The notes under the pieces were generated by a model. The model searched no databases, was not told where the DNA came from, and saw nothing but the letters and a program-made list of their open reading frames with translations. From assembly GCF_964204645.1 (NCBI RefSeq), contig NC_134028.1, positions 16,561,653-16,625,652 on the forward strand: a stretch of 64,000 bases of DNA, in the 5' to 3' direction. The position numbers and the translations under genes were made by a program. This document shows, piece after piece, positions 1 through 9,947 of the stretch. Numbering within the stretch: the first letter of the stretch is position 1; every line of letters begins with the position of its first letter. The DNA comes from Tubulanus polymorphus (lineage: Eukaryota > Animalia > Nemertea).

Positions 1-1628
1 CAGCATATAATACTTATTTAGGTGAAGATGATTCTAGTGGGCCTATATTATATGATTATGATGAATTTAAAGATGATACTGAAACAAATTAATTAGTGAA
101 AAATTAATAGATTATTTAAGAACCCGCGATGAGATATTAATTAAAACTAGACCACAAAGAAAAGGTTTAATTAATAGATTAGAAACAACAGAAAACCCTG
201 AATTGAAAAAAAGAATTATTTTACATAAAACAAAGTGTAACAAATACAGTTATTGAAGAATTATTACCAAAAAATGTAACAGATAACATTGAACCAGAAG
301 ATATTTCAGAACAAATTAGAAAAGATGACATACATTTCATGAATAATTTAAAAATGATTCATGGTATTATGATGTTGAATTAAGTAACAAAAGTTTATCA
401 ATTCAATTATCTAAAATGGGACAAGAAGATCTGTACCATCCTGAAATGTTAGCAAGATCTTCAATTGAACGTTCAAAAGGTGGTTCAGAATTTAGCAGAA
501 TTATATGGAATGCACTCGATAGAATAAATGAAGAAGAACCAAATGTTGGTATTGATATTAACAATTATTCACTATTTAAAAATCCAAATTTTAATCCTAC
601 TGATGTTGATCCAGAAATGGAAGAGTATGGAGATCGATTAGATAAATTAAGAACTGCAACACCAGAAACATCGAGAAGAGACATTCAACCAATTGATAAT
701 GGTTCAAGTCAATTACAAGTAGTAAAACATTTTGATAGCATGTTAGATACAGTTCATTCATTTGAAGAAGAGATGAATAGTATTTTAGATAGACCAAGTA
801 CTGAAACTGGAACAAATCAAATACAACATTTATCAGAAAAAGGATGACTTGATTTAAATGAAGAAGAATTAAAAATATTTCCTGAACAAGCACGTAGAGA
901 AATTAAAGGTATGCAAGAATCAACTGGTGAAATTGCTAATATTAAGATGAGATTTTCGAAAATAACCATGTTAGAGAAAGAATTAACTGATGCAAATGAA
1001 GAATTAGAACAATTAAAATTAGATAAAAATCTTCAATTAATCCAGGAAGCTAATTATGAAAGCAGAAAGTTAGCTTTAGAAAAACAAATTGATGATTTAA
1101 ATTATAACAAAGAATTACAGGAAAAAGAAAGACATATATTATTAAAATCATTTGATCTCAATCATATTAAAAAATTAGCAGTTATTTTTAGAGATTTATT
1201 GATAAAACCAGATTCTGAATTATCATTGAGAGATAGAATAAGATTATTATTTAAATTAGAAGGAATAACAATTCTTTCAATTCTAACAGCTGTAACTATG
1301 TTATTTACAACAATTGGTTTAGCAAATTCAAATATCAAATTCATTAAAATCTACGCCTACTCCCAATAAACCGGATAAACCTCCAAATAATAATAATTCT
1401 ATACAAGATAAAGTTAAGGAAGGTTTAAAGAAATTAGCAAAATATCTATGGGAACTATCAAAGAAATCTGCTACAGCATTACCCGGTGTTATTGCATCAA
1501 TTGTTGGTTTTATATTGAAATCTGCTGGAAATATTCTTAACTTTGCTGCTGAACATATTATTTTATTTTTAGTAACAGTTGTAAGTGCAATTATTTTTGG
1601 ATTAGTGAATATGATAAAAAATAAATAA
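1..1628 (+). pseudogene. Outer Polinton coiled-coil protein with C-terminal hydrophobic segments (frameshifted; ORFs 416-847 and 911-1369)
   Basis: LEKELTD coiled coil and EGITILSILTAVTMLFTTIGLA segment match the reverse complement of 11998-13448; broken by stops and frameshifts. Confidence 0.8.
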
Positions 1629-1649
1629 TTAATTTTTCTCTTAAAATAA

Positions 1650-2685
1650 ATGAGTGGGAGTTACATAAATCCTTCTAAAAATTCTAGAATATCTAATGCT
1701 ATTAAAGCAGATAGATCTCATCATATAATTACTCATAATCCTTCTAATATTAATCCTGATGAAACTTTATACGTTAGAATTCCTCGATTAATAAATAATA
1801 ATAATAAAAAGTTCTTTTAAAGCGCTTTTCCGCAGTATCCCACGCTCAAAGCGCTATCTCCTGGAAATACTGCAAAAACAGATATTTCTTTAGAGCGTTG
1901 CGAAAAGATCCTTCGTCAACGGTGGCACGAATGGAAATGGGTAGACTATTCCAAAGGTAGGGTGCACAGCTAGAAAAGGCACGGTCGCCATATTTGGATT
2001 TAGAATGAGGAACGTGTAAAGCAAGGCTGGTAGAAGAACGAGTGCGCCCCTCTACCCTACGTAGCAGATTTGACAAGTAAACTGGAGCAGATCCATGGAT
2101 ACAACGGTGTACGGTTGACAAGATCTTAAACTCGATTCTGGCCTGGACAGGCAGCCAATGGAGTTCTATGAGAATAGGTGTTATTCTATCAAACTTCCTT
2201 TTACGACGCACTAATCTGGCTGCCATATTTTGTACTCGCTGAAGAGGCGCTAATGTTTTTGCTGGTAGTCCGTAAAGTATTCCATGGTTAAAATCAAGAC
2301 GGGACAGGACGAAAGCATGAACTAATTTTATAGTGCTGTTTTGGTCCAAGAATCGGCGTATGCGACCAATTTTATACAAAGACGCGTAAGCGGCTTTACA
2401 AGTACGTTTAATATGCTCCTGCATAGTCATACCCTGGTCCAACCAAGCCCCTAGGTCCTTAACAGACTCAGAGGTTGTAATCGGAACACCGTCTACTTCA
2501 ATCTCAGGCACTGATCCAACTTTTCTCGTAGACACAAGATTAACAGCCTCCGTCTTTGGAGGGTAAATATGTTATACAAGAAGATATTACATTTGAAATA
2601 ACATTTGCTCCTGTTAATGAAATTGTATTATCAAGTTTAGTTAAAGATATGGGTTATAAATTATCGAATATATGTTTAGAATATG
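1650..2685 (+). pseudogene. Outer Polinton putative major capsid protein, 5' part (interrupted by L2 with deletion, then by the inner Polinton)
   Basis: ATG at 1650 reads MSGSYINPSKNSRISNAIKADRSHHIITHNPSNINPDETLYVRIPRL, nearly identical to 10730-11977; resumes at ~2564 (KYVIQEDITFEI...SNICLEY). Confidence 0.85.
1791..2563 (-). mobile_element. 5'-truncated L2/CR1-group LINE (3' end of ORF2, ORF 1846-2535)
   Basis: SVKDLG...LVHAFVLSRLDF...LQRVQNMAARL...LHWLPV...RAFS..AP.LWNSLP is the typical post-RT region of L2-type LINEs; AGCGC stem-loop and (TAT)n tail at ~1791-1855; higher GC than flanks. Confidence 0.85.
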
Positions 2686-3147
2686 AGTAATAGGGAATAT
2701 GTTGTTTCATACCAAAGGTCGAAATGTCGAGCTCATAAAAAATGAAAAATATGAAAATAATAACAATTTCTATTTGAATTAGTAGCGAAACTCATATAAA
2801 ATGAAAAATAATTCTCGCACACTCGAATTTATTTTTCATTTTATATGAGTTTCACTCCTAATTCAAATAGAAATTATTATTATTTTCATATTTTTCATTT
2901 TTTACTCACTAGCCCTTTCAACCTTTGATATGAAACAAGATATTCCCTATTACTCTTAAAATATTCATATATATGAATAAAATATAAATTAATAACTTCT
3001 AAAATCAATTTTAATAAAAAATTTAGTATTAAAATGGAAGCAAATAAGTACTACTGTCCAACATGTAATATCAATATAGATAAATCCCAAAAATCAAGAC
3101 ACAATAAAACTAAAACACATTTAGAGAATAAATTGAAACTAGAATAT
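2686..3147 (+). repeat. Left TIR (462 bp) containing a 269-bp imperfect palindrome (2686-2954)
   Basis: Reverse complement of 21421-21882 with few mismatches; AGTAATAGGGAATAT at 2686 pairs with ATATTCCCTATTACT ending at 2954. Confidence 0.95.
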
Positions 3148-3261
3148 TTACAGTTATATTCAGAACAGTTAACAAAGGCAAAGAAATTTATTGAATTATG
3201 GAATAATGATCCAAATAATGAACAATACGTTGAGGAATTTGATATCAAGGATATGATTTAG
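3034..3261 (+). CDS. Chimeric 75-aa ORF: pPolB N-terminal Zn finger (inside the TIR) fused to a copy of the HNH-protein C-terminus
   Basis: First 38 aa are identical to ORF 21151-21534; the remainder (LQLY.EQLTKAKKFI..WNNDPNNEQYVE) duplicates 4064-4151. Confidence 0.65.
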   Translation: MEANKYYCPTCNINIDKSQKSRHNKTKTHLENKLKLEYLQLYSEQLTKAKKFIELWNNDPNNEQYVEEFDIKDMI

Positions 3262-3497
3262 ATATTTCATGTCGGTTGTTTCTATTTACATAATTATATA
3301 TAATTATGATTAGCGCATGCGCATTAAGCAAAACCGCGCATGAATGCGCGCTTTTGCCCAGTGGTATTATTTAGATATCAAGGAATCGAAACTGACTTAT
3401 CAAAAGCAGCGAGGAATGAAAAAGGATGACGTTGGTCGAAGAAATGGTAGAGGATTCTAAAATATTAACCAATTTAGTAAAAAAATACGTATAATAA

Positions 3498-4169
3498 ATG
3501 GAACCAGAACAACCACAAATCATCAATATTACAAATAACACTGCTGGTGTTATAAATATATACTACAAGAAGTGTTCTAAATGTGAATTAGATAAATTAG
3601 CTTTAACAGAATTTAGTAAGCGTAAGATTAGCAAAGATGGTTTTCAATATTGCTGTAAAACTTGTTTTAAACTATATACCAAACAATATCGAGAAGATAA
3701 TATAGAACATTATAATTATTATATGGCAGAATATATGAGAGAAAGATATCAAACAGATCTTAATTTTAGATTGAAACAATGTTTAAGATCTAGATTAACA
3801 CAATTATTCAACAAAGAAACACATTCAGAAACATTATCTAATTTGTTGGGTTGTTCGGATGAATTTTTCAAATCATGGATAATATATCAATTCGATGATA
3901 AAATGAATATAGATAATTATGGGGATTATTACCATATTGATTATGTGTTACCAATATCTAAATTTAACATGAATGATGAATACAATAAAAAACTAATTTG
4001 GAATTGGAAGAATTTAAGGCCTTTAGAAAAGAAGGAAAACATAATTAAATTTAATAAACTAGATTTACAGTTATATTTAGAACAGTTAACAAAGGCAAAG
4101 AAATTTATTGATCAATGGAACAATGATCCAAATAATGAACAATACGTTGAGTCTTTAATGAGTGGTTAA
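3498..4169 (+). CDS. Zn-ribbon plus HNH/endonuclease VII-like nuclease of the type common in large DNA viruses
   Basis: CSKC...DG...CKTC, LGCS..FF..WI..QF...MN..NYG.YYHIDYVLP...WNWKNLRPL...EN; the usual HIDH reads HIDY here. Confidence 0.7.
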   Translation: MEPEQPQIINITNNTAGVINIYYKKCSKCELDKLALTEFSKRKISKDGFQYCCKTCFKLYTKQYREDNIEHYNYYMAEYMRERYQTDLNFRLKQCLRSRLTQLFNKETHSETLSNLLGCSDEFFKSWIIYQFDDKMNIDNYGDYYHIDYVLPISKFNMNDEYNKKLIWNWKNLRPLEKKENIIKFNKLDLQLYLEQLTKAKKFIDQWNNDPNNEQYVESLMSG

Positions 4170-4393
4170 AGAATAATAGATTTTAAATAAAAAATATTAA
4201 AAAAACAATAACTTCAACTAGCTAGTGAATTCTACTATATTTTTAATATTTTCTTTTCAAAAAAGAATACTTTATATCACAAATAAAAAATACTAAAAAA
4301 ACAATAACTAATACTAAAATTCTTTAGCTTTAACTAGCTAGTATCATTTGAAGAATACTTATAATATTTTTCTTGCTTTTTTCTCTAATATAA

Positions 4394-5002
4394 ATGTCAA
4401 AGAAATCGAGTAAGAATAATATTGATATTGAAAAAACATTAGATGATTTGGGCATTAGTGATAATAAGGATATTCCGGCCAAAATTGAAAATAATATTCA
4501 AGTTAATTGTAATATAGATTATGAATACTATTTATATTGTAAACACCATCTTGAACTATTGATTGCTAGCGGGAAGTGTAAACAATTTTTAACTAAGACC
4601 ATTACTTTTCAAGAATTAGATGCTATGAAACAAGATGAAGTAATAAAATATTTTAAGATTTATGAAGAGTCAAGATTAGCTAGAATAAATGATTCTATTT
4701 CAGATGGTATTGTCAAATGTTATTCTAAGTTATGTAACCAGTTAATGCCAATTGATGATGAAAATAAATTATATAGTGATTTGAAAAGTGACTATTTAGT
4801 TATGACTGAATTACAAAAATGGGTTGGTTATGCTTCATTCCAATTAGGATCGGTTATGACATTAATTTCTACTGGCGTCATTACATTTTCGAACATCAAG
4901 CCTATGGAATATAAATCAGGTAAGAACGAAACAGATGTACTACAACCAAACAGTGAAACAGAAAATGAATCAGAACAAAAATTAACTAAAATAAATGAGT
5001 GA
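4394..5002 (+). CDS. Polinton hypothetical protein (202 aa) with a hydrophobic segment near the C-terminus
   Basis: Intact ORF with T6-N8-TAAATG start; overlaps the next gene; no motif recognised. Confidence 0.7.
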   Translation: MSKKSSKNNIDIEKTLDDLGISDNKDIPAKIENNIQVNCNIDYEYYLYCKHHLELLIASGKCKQFLTKTITFQELDAMKQDEVIKYFKIYEESRLARINDSISDGIVKCYSKLCNQLMPIDDENKLYSDLKSDYLVMTELQKWVGYASFQLGSVMTLISTGVITFSNIKPMEYKSGKNETDVLQPNSETENESEQKLTKINE

Positions 5003-5366
5003 TGGCGTTAAGAAAAAGGCTAGATCAGAGAAACAAATTAAATGGGCAAGAGAATTAGGTAAAAGATCTTCAGAATTAAAAAAAGCTAAGAAAAAGAAAT
5101 TAACTGGTATAAATGAATCACAGACTTTATCTGATATTAATTCAAATAATAATCCATCTAATTCTTCTAATCCTGGAAGTAATTATAAATTATATATTAC
5201 AATTGGATTAGTAACAGTTATTATATTATCCGGTGTAATATATAAATATAAGTATAAATCTGATTATAACAATAATGATTCCGATGACAATAAACCTATC
5301 ATACCAAATAAGTCAAATGATAAAGTCATTGAAAATAAGATTATAAGATTATTATTAATGGATTAA
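4995..5366 (+). CDS. Small basic protein with one predicted TM helix
   Basis: Basic N-terminus and LYITIGLVTVIILSGVIY; intact homolog at 27619-27984. Confidence 0.8.
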   Translation: MSDGVKKKARSEKQIKWARELGKRSSELKKAKKKKLTGINESQTLSDINSNNNPSNSSNPGSNYKLYITIGLVTVIILSGVIYKYKYKSDYNNNDSDDNKPIIPNKSNDKVIENKIIRLLLMD

Positions 5367-5611
5367 TTAAGATGAAAAAAGAACAGTATTTAAGAGATTT
5401 ATATTATAACCCAGAAAGTGAAGTATCATATTCTAACGTTTCAGAATTATGGAATAAAATTAAATCTGATAATGAAAATGGTAAAATAAAATATAGTGAA
5501 TTAAAATCATGGTTACAAAATCAACCAACATATCAAATCCATAAGAAAATGGATAAAAATTATTTAACAAGAAAAGTTATGGTTTCATATATCGATCAAC
5601 AATGGCAAGCA

Positions 5612-6980
5612 GATTTAATTGACATGCAGAACTTAGAAGAATACAACAAAGGATATTTCTGGATACTGAATGTTATAGACATATTCAGTCGATACGCATG
5701 GTCAATTCCAATCAAAAATAAAACTGGAATAGAAGTTACAAATGCTTTTAAATCTATATTTAAAGAAGCTATTCCAGATAAGATACAATTTGATGAAGGT
5801 AAGGAATTTTATAAGAAACATTTCAAAAAACTATTATCTGATAACGATGTAGATTATTTTTCAACACACTCAGATAAAAAAGCATCTATTATAGAAAGGT
5901 TTAATAAAACATTGAAAACTAGAATGTGGAAATATTTTACTGCTAATGAAACATATATTTATATCGATGAGTCTATAAATATATTAGATGATTTAGTGAA
6001 AGGTTATAATAATTCTAAACATTCAAGTATTGGTATAATCTTATTTTCAATGACTTTATCATTTGACTTATTTGGTATGATAGGTTTATTGTCATCGGAA
6101 TCATTATTGTTATAATCAGATTTATACTTATATTTATATATTACACCGGATAATATAATAACTGTTACTAATCCAATTGTAATATATAATTTATAATTAC
6201 TTCCAGGATTAGAAGAATTAGATGGATTATTATTTGAATTAATATCAGATAAAGTCCAAATTCTCCAAATTTAACTCTCGACTTCCAAATCTATTAATCG
6301 ATTTAATTGACATGAAGAACTTAGAAGAATACAACAAAGGATATTTCTGGATACTGAATGTTATAGACATATTTAGTCGATACGCATGGTCAATTCCAAT
6401 CAAAAATAAAACTGGAATAGAAGTTACAAATGCTTTTAAATCTATATTTAAAGAAGCTATTCCAGATAAGATACAATTTGATGAAGGTAAGGAATTTTAT
6501 AACAAACATTTCAAAAAACTATTATCTGATAACGATGTAGATTATTTTTCAACACACTCAGATAAAAAAGTATCTATTATAGAAAGGTTTAATAAAACAT
6601 TGAAAACTAGAATGTGAAAATATTTTACTGCTAATGAAACATATATTTATATCGATGAGTCTATAAATATATTAGATGATTTAGTGAAAGGTTATAATAA
6701 TTCTAAACATTCAAGTATTGGTATAATCTTATTTTCAATGACTATATCATTTGACTTATTTGGTATGATAGGTTTATTGTCATCGGAATCATTATTGTTA
6801 TAATCAGATTTATACTTATATTTATATATTACACCGGATAATATAATAACTGTTACTAATCAAATTGTAATATATAATTTATAATTACTTCCAGGATTAG
6901 AAGAATTAGATGGATTATTATTTGAATTAATATCAGATAAAGTCCAAATTCTCCAAATTTAACTCTCGACTTCCAAATCT
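5612..6980 (+). repeat. ~690-bp tandem duplication (5612-6292 and 6300-6980); each unit has integrase core, a 220-bp inverted copy of 5123-5345 and the first ~36 bp of the Penelope element
   Basis: Direct comparison: 6034-6256 and ~6722-6945 are the reverse complement of 5123-5345; ORF 6312-6617 repeats the integrase core. Confidence 0.9.
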
Positions 6981-8605
6981 TCCTTATGCTTATGGTCTTC
7001 CAAAAATTCATAAACCCAATTCACCGTTAAGACCGATCATTTCTAATATCAATTCTCCATCATATCGGCTCTCCAAATATCTGGCTAAAGTACTCTCCCC
7101 GGCTTTGGGTACTTTTTCTGATTCTCACATTCGTCACAATATGGATCTTTTAGACAAACTCAAAAATCTCAAACCTAATGGACAGAAATTTATATCTTTC
7201 GACGCTGTTTCCTTGTTCACTAATAAACCATTGGAACCAACTCTCAATTTCTTAAGAAGAAAACTCCCGGACTCCAATCTTGATCTCCCAATTCCTGTAG
7301 AATGTTTACTTGAACTTTTGGAACTCTGTACTACCAATTTATATTTCCGATTCCAAGACAAATTCTATGAACAAATTTTCGGTTTCGCTATGGGTAACCC
7401 ATTATCCCCGATTTTGGCTAATCTTTTCCTTGAACACTTTGAATCCGAAATTCTCCCTAAGTACGCTGGCTCTAAACCTAACTTTTGGATTAGATATGTT
7501 GATGACATTCTGAGCTTAGTTTCTGATAATTTTGATCTTTCCTCTTTTATCGACTTCATCAACTCCCAATATCCATCTTTGAAATTCACTTTTGAATGGG
7601 AACAAAATGACCAAATTCCGTTTTTAGATGTTCTAATTCACTATAAATTTTCTCATTTGATTTTCTCAGTCTACCGTAAACCGATCAACGCCGAGGCATA
7701 CCTTCACTTCTTTTCGTTTACTGCCAAATCAATCAAAATCGGTCTCGCTCAAGGCCTCTTTCTCCGTGCACTGCGGATCTGCGATGAAACCTTCCTTTCG
7801 GCTGAATTTGACCATATATCCAACTCTCTTAGAAAATCGGCTTACCCTGATCACATTTTGAAAATTGCCATTTCTAAGGCTAAACGTACTTTCTTCAATT
7901 CTAAACCTCCAGAAAATAAAAAACACATTTCAGAGTTCATTGTAGTTCCGTATGTACCTGTTTTGGAAAATTTTCGTCACTCTCTCCCTTTATTGGATAA
8001 ACAAATCATTTTCACGTATGAAAACAAAATTAGTAAGACTTTGGTTAAAAACAATCAATCTAAACCTTTGGACTGCGGAGTTTACAAAATTCCTTGTTTT
8101 GGCTGTGATGAAATTTACTTTGGAGAAACTGGTCGTGCTTTAAAAACTCGAATTTCGGAACACAAAAAGGATATGATAAATCAAAAACCGGCTAGTGGCG
8201 TAGCCAATCACGTTTGGAACACTGGTCATCGTTTTAATTTTGATAAAGCCGAAATTATTTATACTTCCAGCAATTACACTAAACGCCACATAGTTGAGTC
8301 TGCCCTAATTACTCGTCACTCAGATATTAGTACCAATTTAAATAATGGCTTTTCTCCGCATAATTCCTTTCTTTCTAAGTATATTACTTCATGCCTTGCC
8401 AAACACTAATTATTTACTCACTCACCAATTTGCTCAATTAACCTGTCCTCCTCTGTATATATACCCCTGTTTTAAGTCTATTTCTCACACCTGACGATGA
8501 TCTCTAGGGTGAGATCGAAACGTCGTGTCTTTTAAATATTTTAGATTTAATAAATAAATTCTTGTTTTTAAATTCTTTTAATCTGTAAATAGTGGGATTT
8601 TATCT
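6945..8605 (+). mobile_element. 5'-truncated Penelope-like retroelement (RT plus GIY-YIG endonuclease; ORF 7105-8409, frame open upstream)
   Basis: YGLPKIHK..PLRPIIS, SFDAVSLFT, GFAMGNPLSP, RYVDD, PFLDV, VYRKP; GVYKIPC..C...YFGETGR.L..RISEH; 3' pLTR region with hammerhead; TATTGGTAT duplicated at both sides. Confidence 0.95.
8486..8529 (+). ncRNA. Minimal type I hammerhead ribozyme in the Penelope 3' pLTR region
   Basis: CACAC-CTGACGA-T-GATCTC/TAGGGT/GAGATC-GAAAC-GTC^GTGT: core CUGANGA, stem II, GAAA, GUC cleavage triplet (cut after 8524), stem I ACAC/GTGT. Confidence 0.85.
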
Positions 8606-9045
8606 TATTGGTATGAAACCTATACAAGCTAGAAAAGAAGATAATTCGGAAATAGTTTGGAATAATTTATATGGTGTGTTTGTAACATATGATTTTGGAG
8701 AACCTAAATTCAAAATTGGACAACACGTTAGAATATCTAAATATAGAAAAACATTTTATAAAGGTTATACCCCTAATTTTACCGAAGAAATATTCAAGAT
8801 TAAAAAGACAATATTAACTAAACCATTTGTTTATAAATTAGAAGATCTAAAAGATGAAGAAATATTAGGTTATTTCTATGAACAAGAATTATCACTTGTA
8901 CCAAATCCAGATGAAATAGAATACAAAATAGAAAAAGTATTGAAAACAAAAACTCTTAAAGGAAAAAAGTATTCTTTGGTGAAATATAAAGGATACGATG
9001 ATAAATTTAATGAATGGATTTTATCTAGTAAAATTAAAAGAATAA

Positions 9046-9657
9046 ATGAATAAAGATTTATTAATATTTGAACCGCATAATATGTTAGTTACTGGTGTAA
9101 CCAATTGTGGTAAAACACATTTCATATTAGATTTGTTAGAAACTATTTATAAGAATCATTTTGATAATATAATATTATTTTGTCCTACTTATGAAATGAA
9201 TAAAACATATAATAGAGATATAGTTAAGATGAAAAAAGTTATTATATTAGATCCTAAAACAGTAAAAGAAAATTTAGATAATTGTATTAAAATAGCAATT
9301 GATACTTAATAAGGATCAAATACATTATTCATTATAGATGATTGCGCAAATTTACATGATTCAAAAGTGAGAGAAAGTGAGTTATGTTATTTAGCTTTCT
9401 CTGGGAGACATTTCGGGATAACAACATGGGTTTTAAATCAAAAATATAATTCAATTGTTAAAGACTTTAGGGAGAATATAAGATTTCTAGTTTTATTTTA
9501 TAACAAAGATAGAAAATCTATGCAACAATCATTGGAAGAAAATCAAATTATACCTACTGAATTACATGATGAATATATGAATAAATTAAAGAATAATAAA
9601 GGTTCAAAATTATTACTGAGACTACATTTTCCCTATGAATATAAGTTTATAAAATAA
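9046..9657 (+). pseudogene. A32/FtsK-HerA-like genome-packaging ATPase with an in-frame stop at 9307-9309
   Basis: Walker A VTGVTNCGKT, Walker B FIIDDCA, GRHFGIT...Q motif. Confidence 0.9.
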
Positions 9658-9676
9658 CTATTTATATATCTATGTA

Positions 9677-9770
9677 TTAGATACCCTATTAGATACCCTA
9701 ATACCTGATACCCTATTAGATACCCTAATACCTGATACCCTAATACCTGATACCCTATTCGATACCTTAA
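9677..9770 (+). repeat. Tandem GATACCCTA(ATACCT/TTA) array between convergent gene blocks
   Basis: About seven GATACC(C)T units; a related array (GTATCTAATAC)n sits at the equivalent position of the outer element (~25930-25975). Confidence 0.8.
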
Positions 9771-9947
9771 ATACTTAAAACCCCCTTTTTTATTTACTAT
9801 TATTTTATACAATTTTCAACCTTTATTATTATTTGAGTGTTAGATAATCAATTTCTGAATCACTTTCACTATCAGACCCCCCTAACAATTTATTCAAATT
9901 CTCTACCGTATCTTCTTCTAATTCTTTATTATTTTTATACTTATTCT

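Larger units (their letters stand above)
5372..9053 (+). pseudogene. int: Retroviral-like (rve, DDE) Polinton integrase with C-terminal chromodomain, split by the Penelope insertion and a duplication
   Basis: WQADLIDM, IDIFSRY, QFDEGKEF, SIIERFNKTLK; frame resumes at ~8607 (IGMKPIQARK...) and ends in chromodomain YKIEKVL...YSLVKYKGYDDKFNEWI. Confidence 0.92.

Noticed and set aside
5362-5374. TAAG (baculovirus late promoter) before both integrase starts
   Set aside because: Only a 4-bp motif at one gene, near the upstream stop; more simply a variant of TAAATG.
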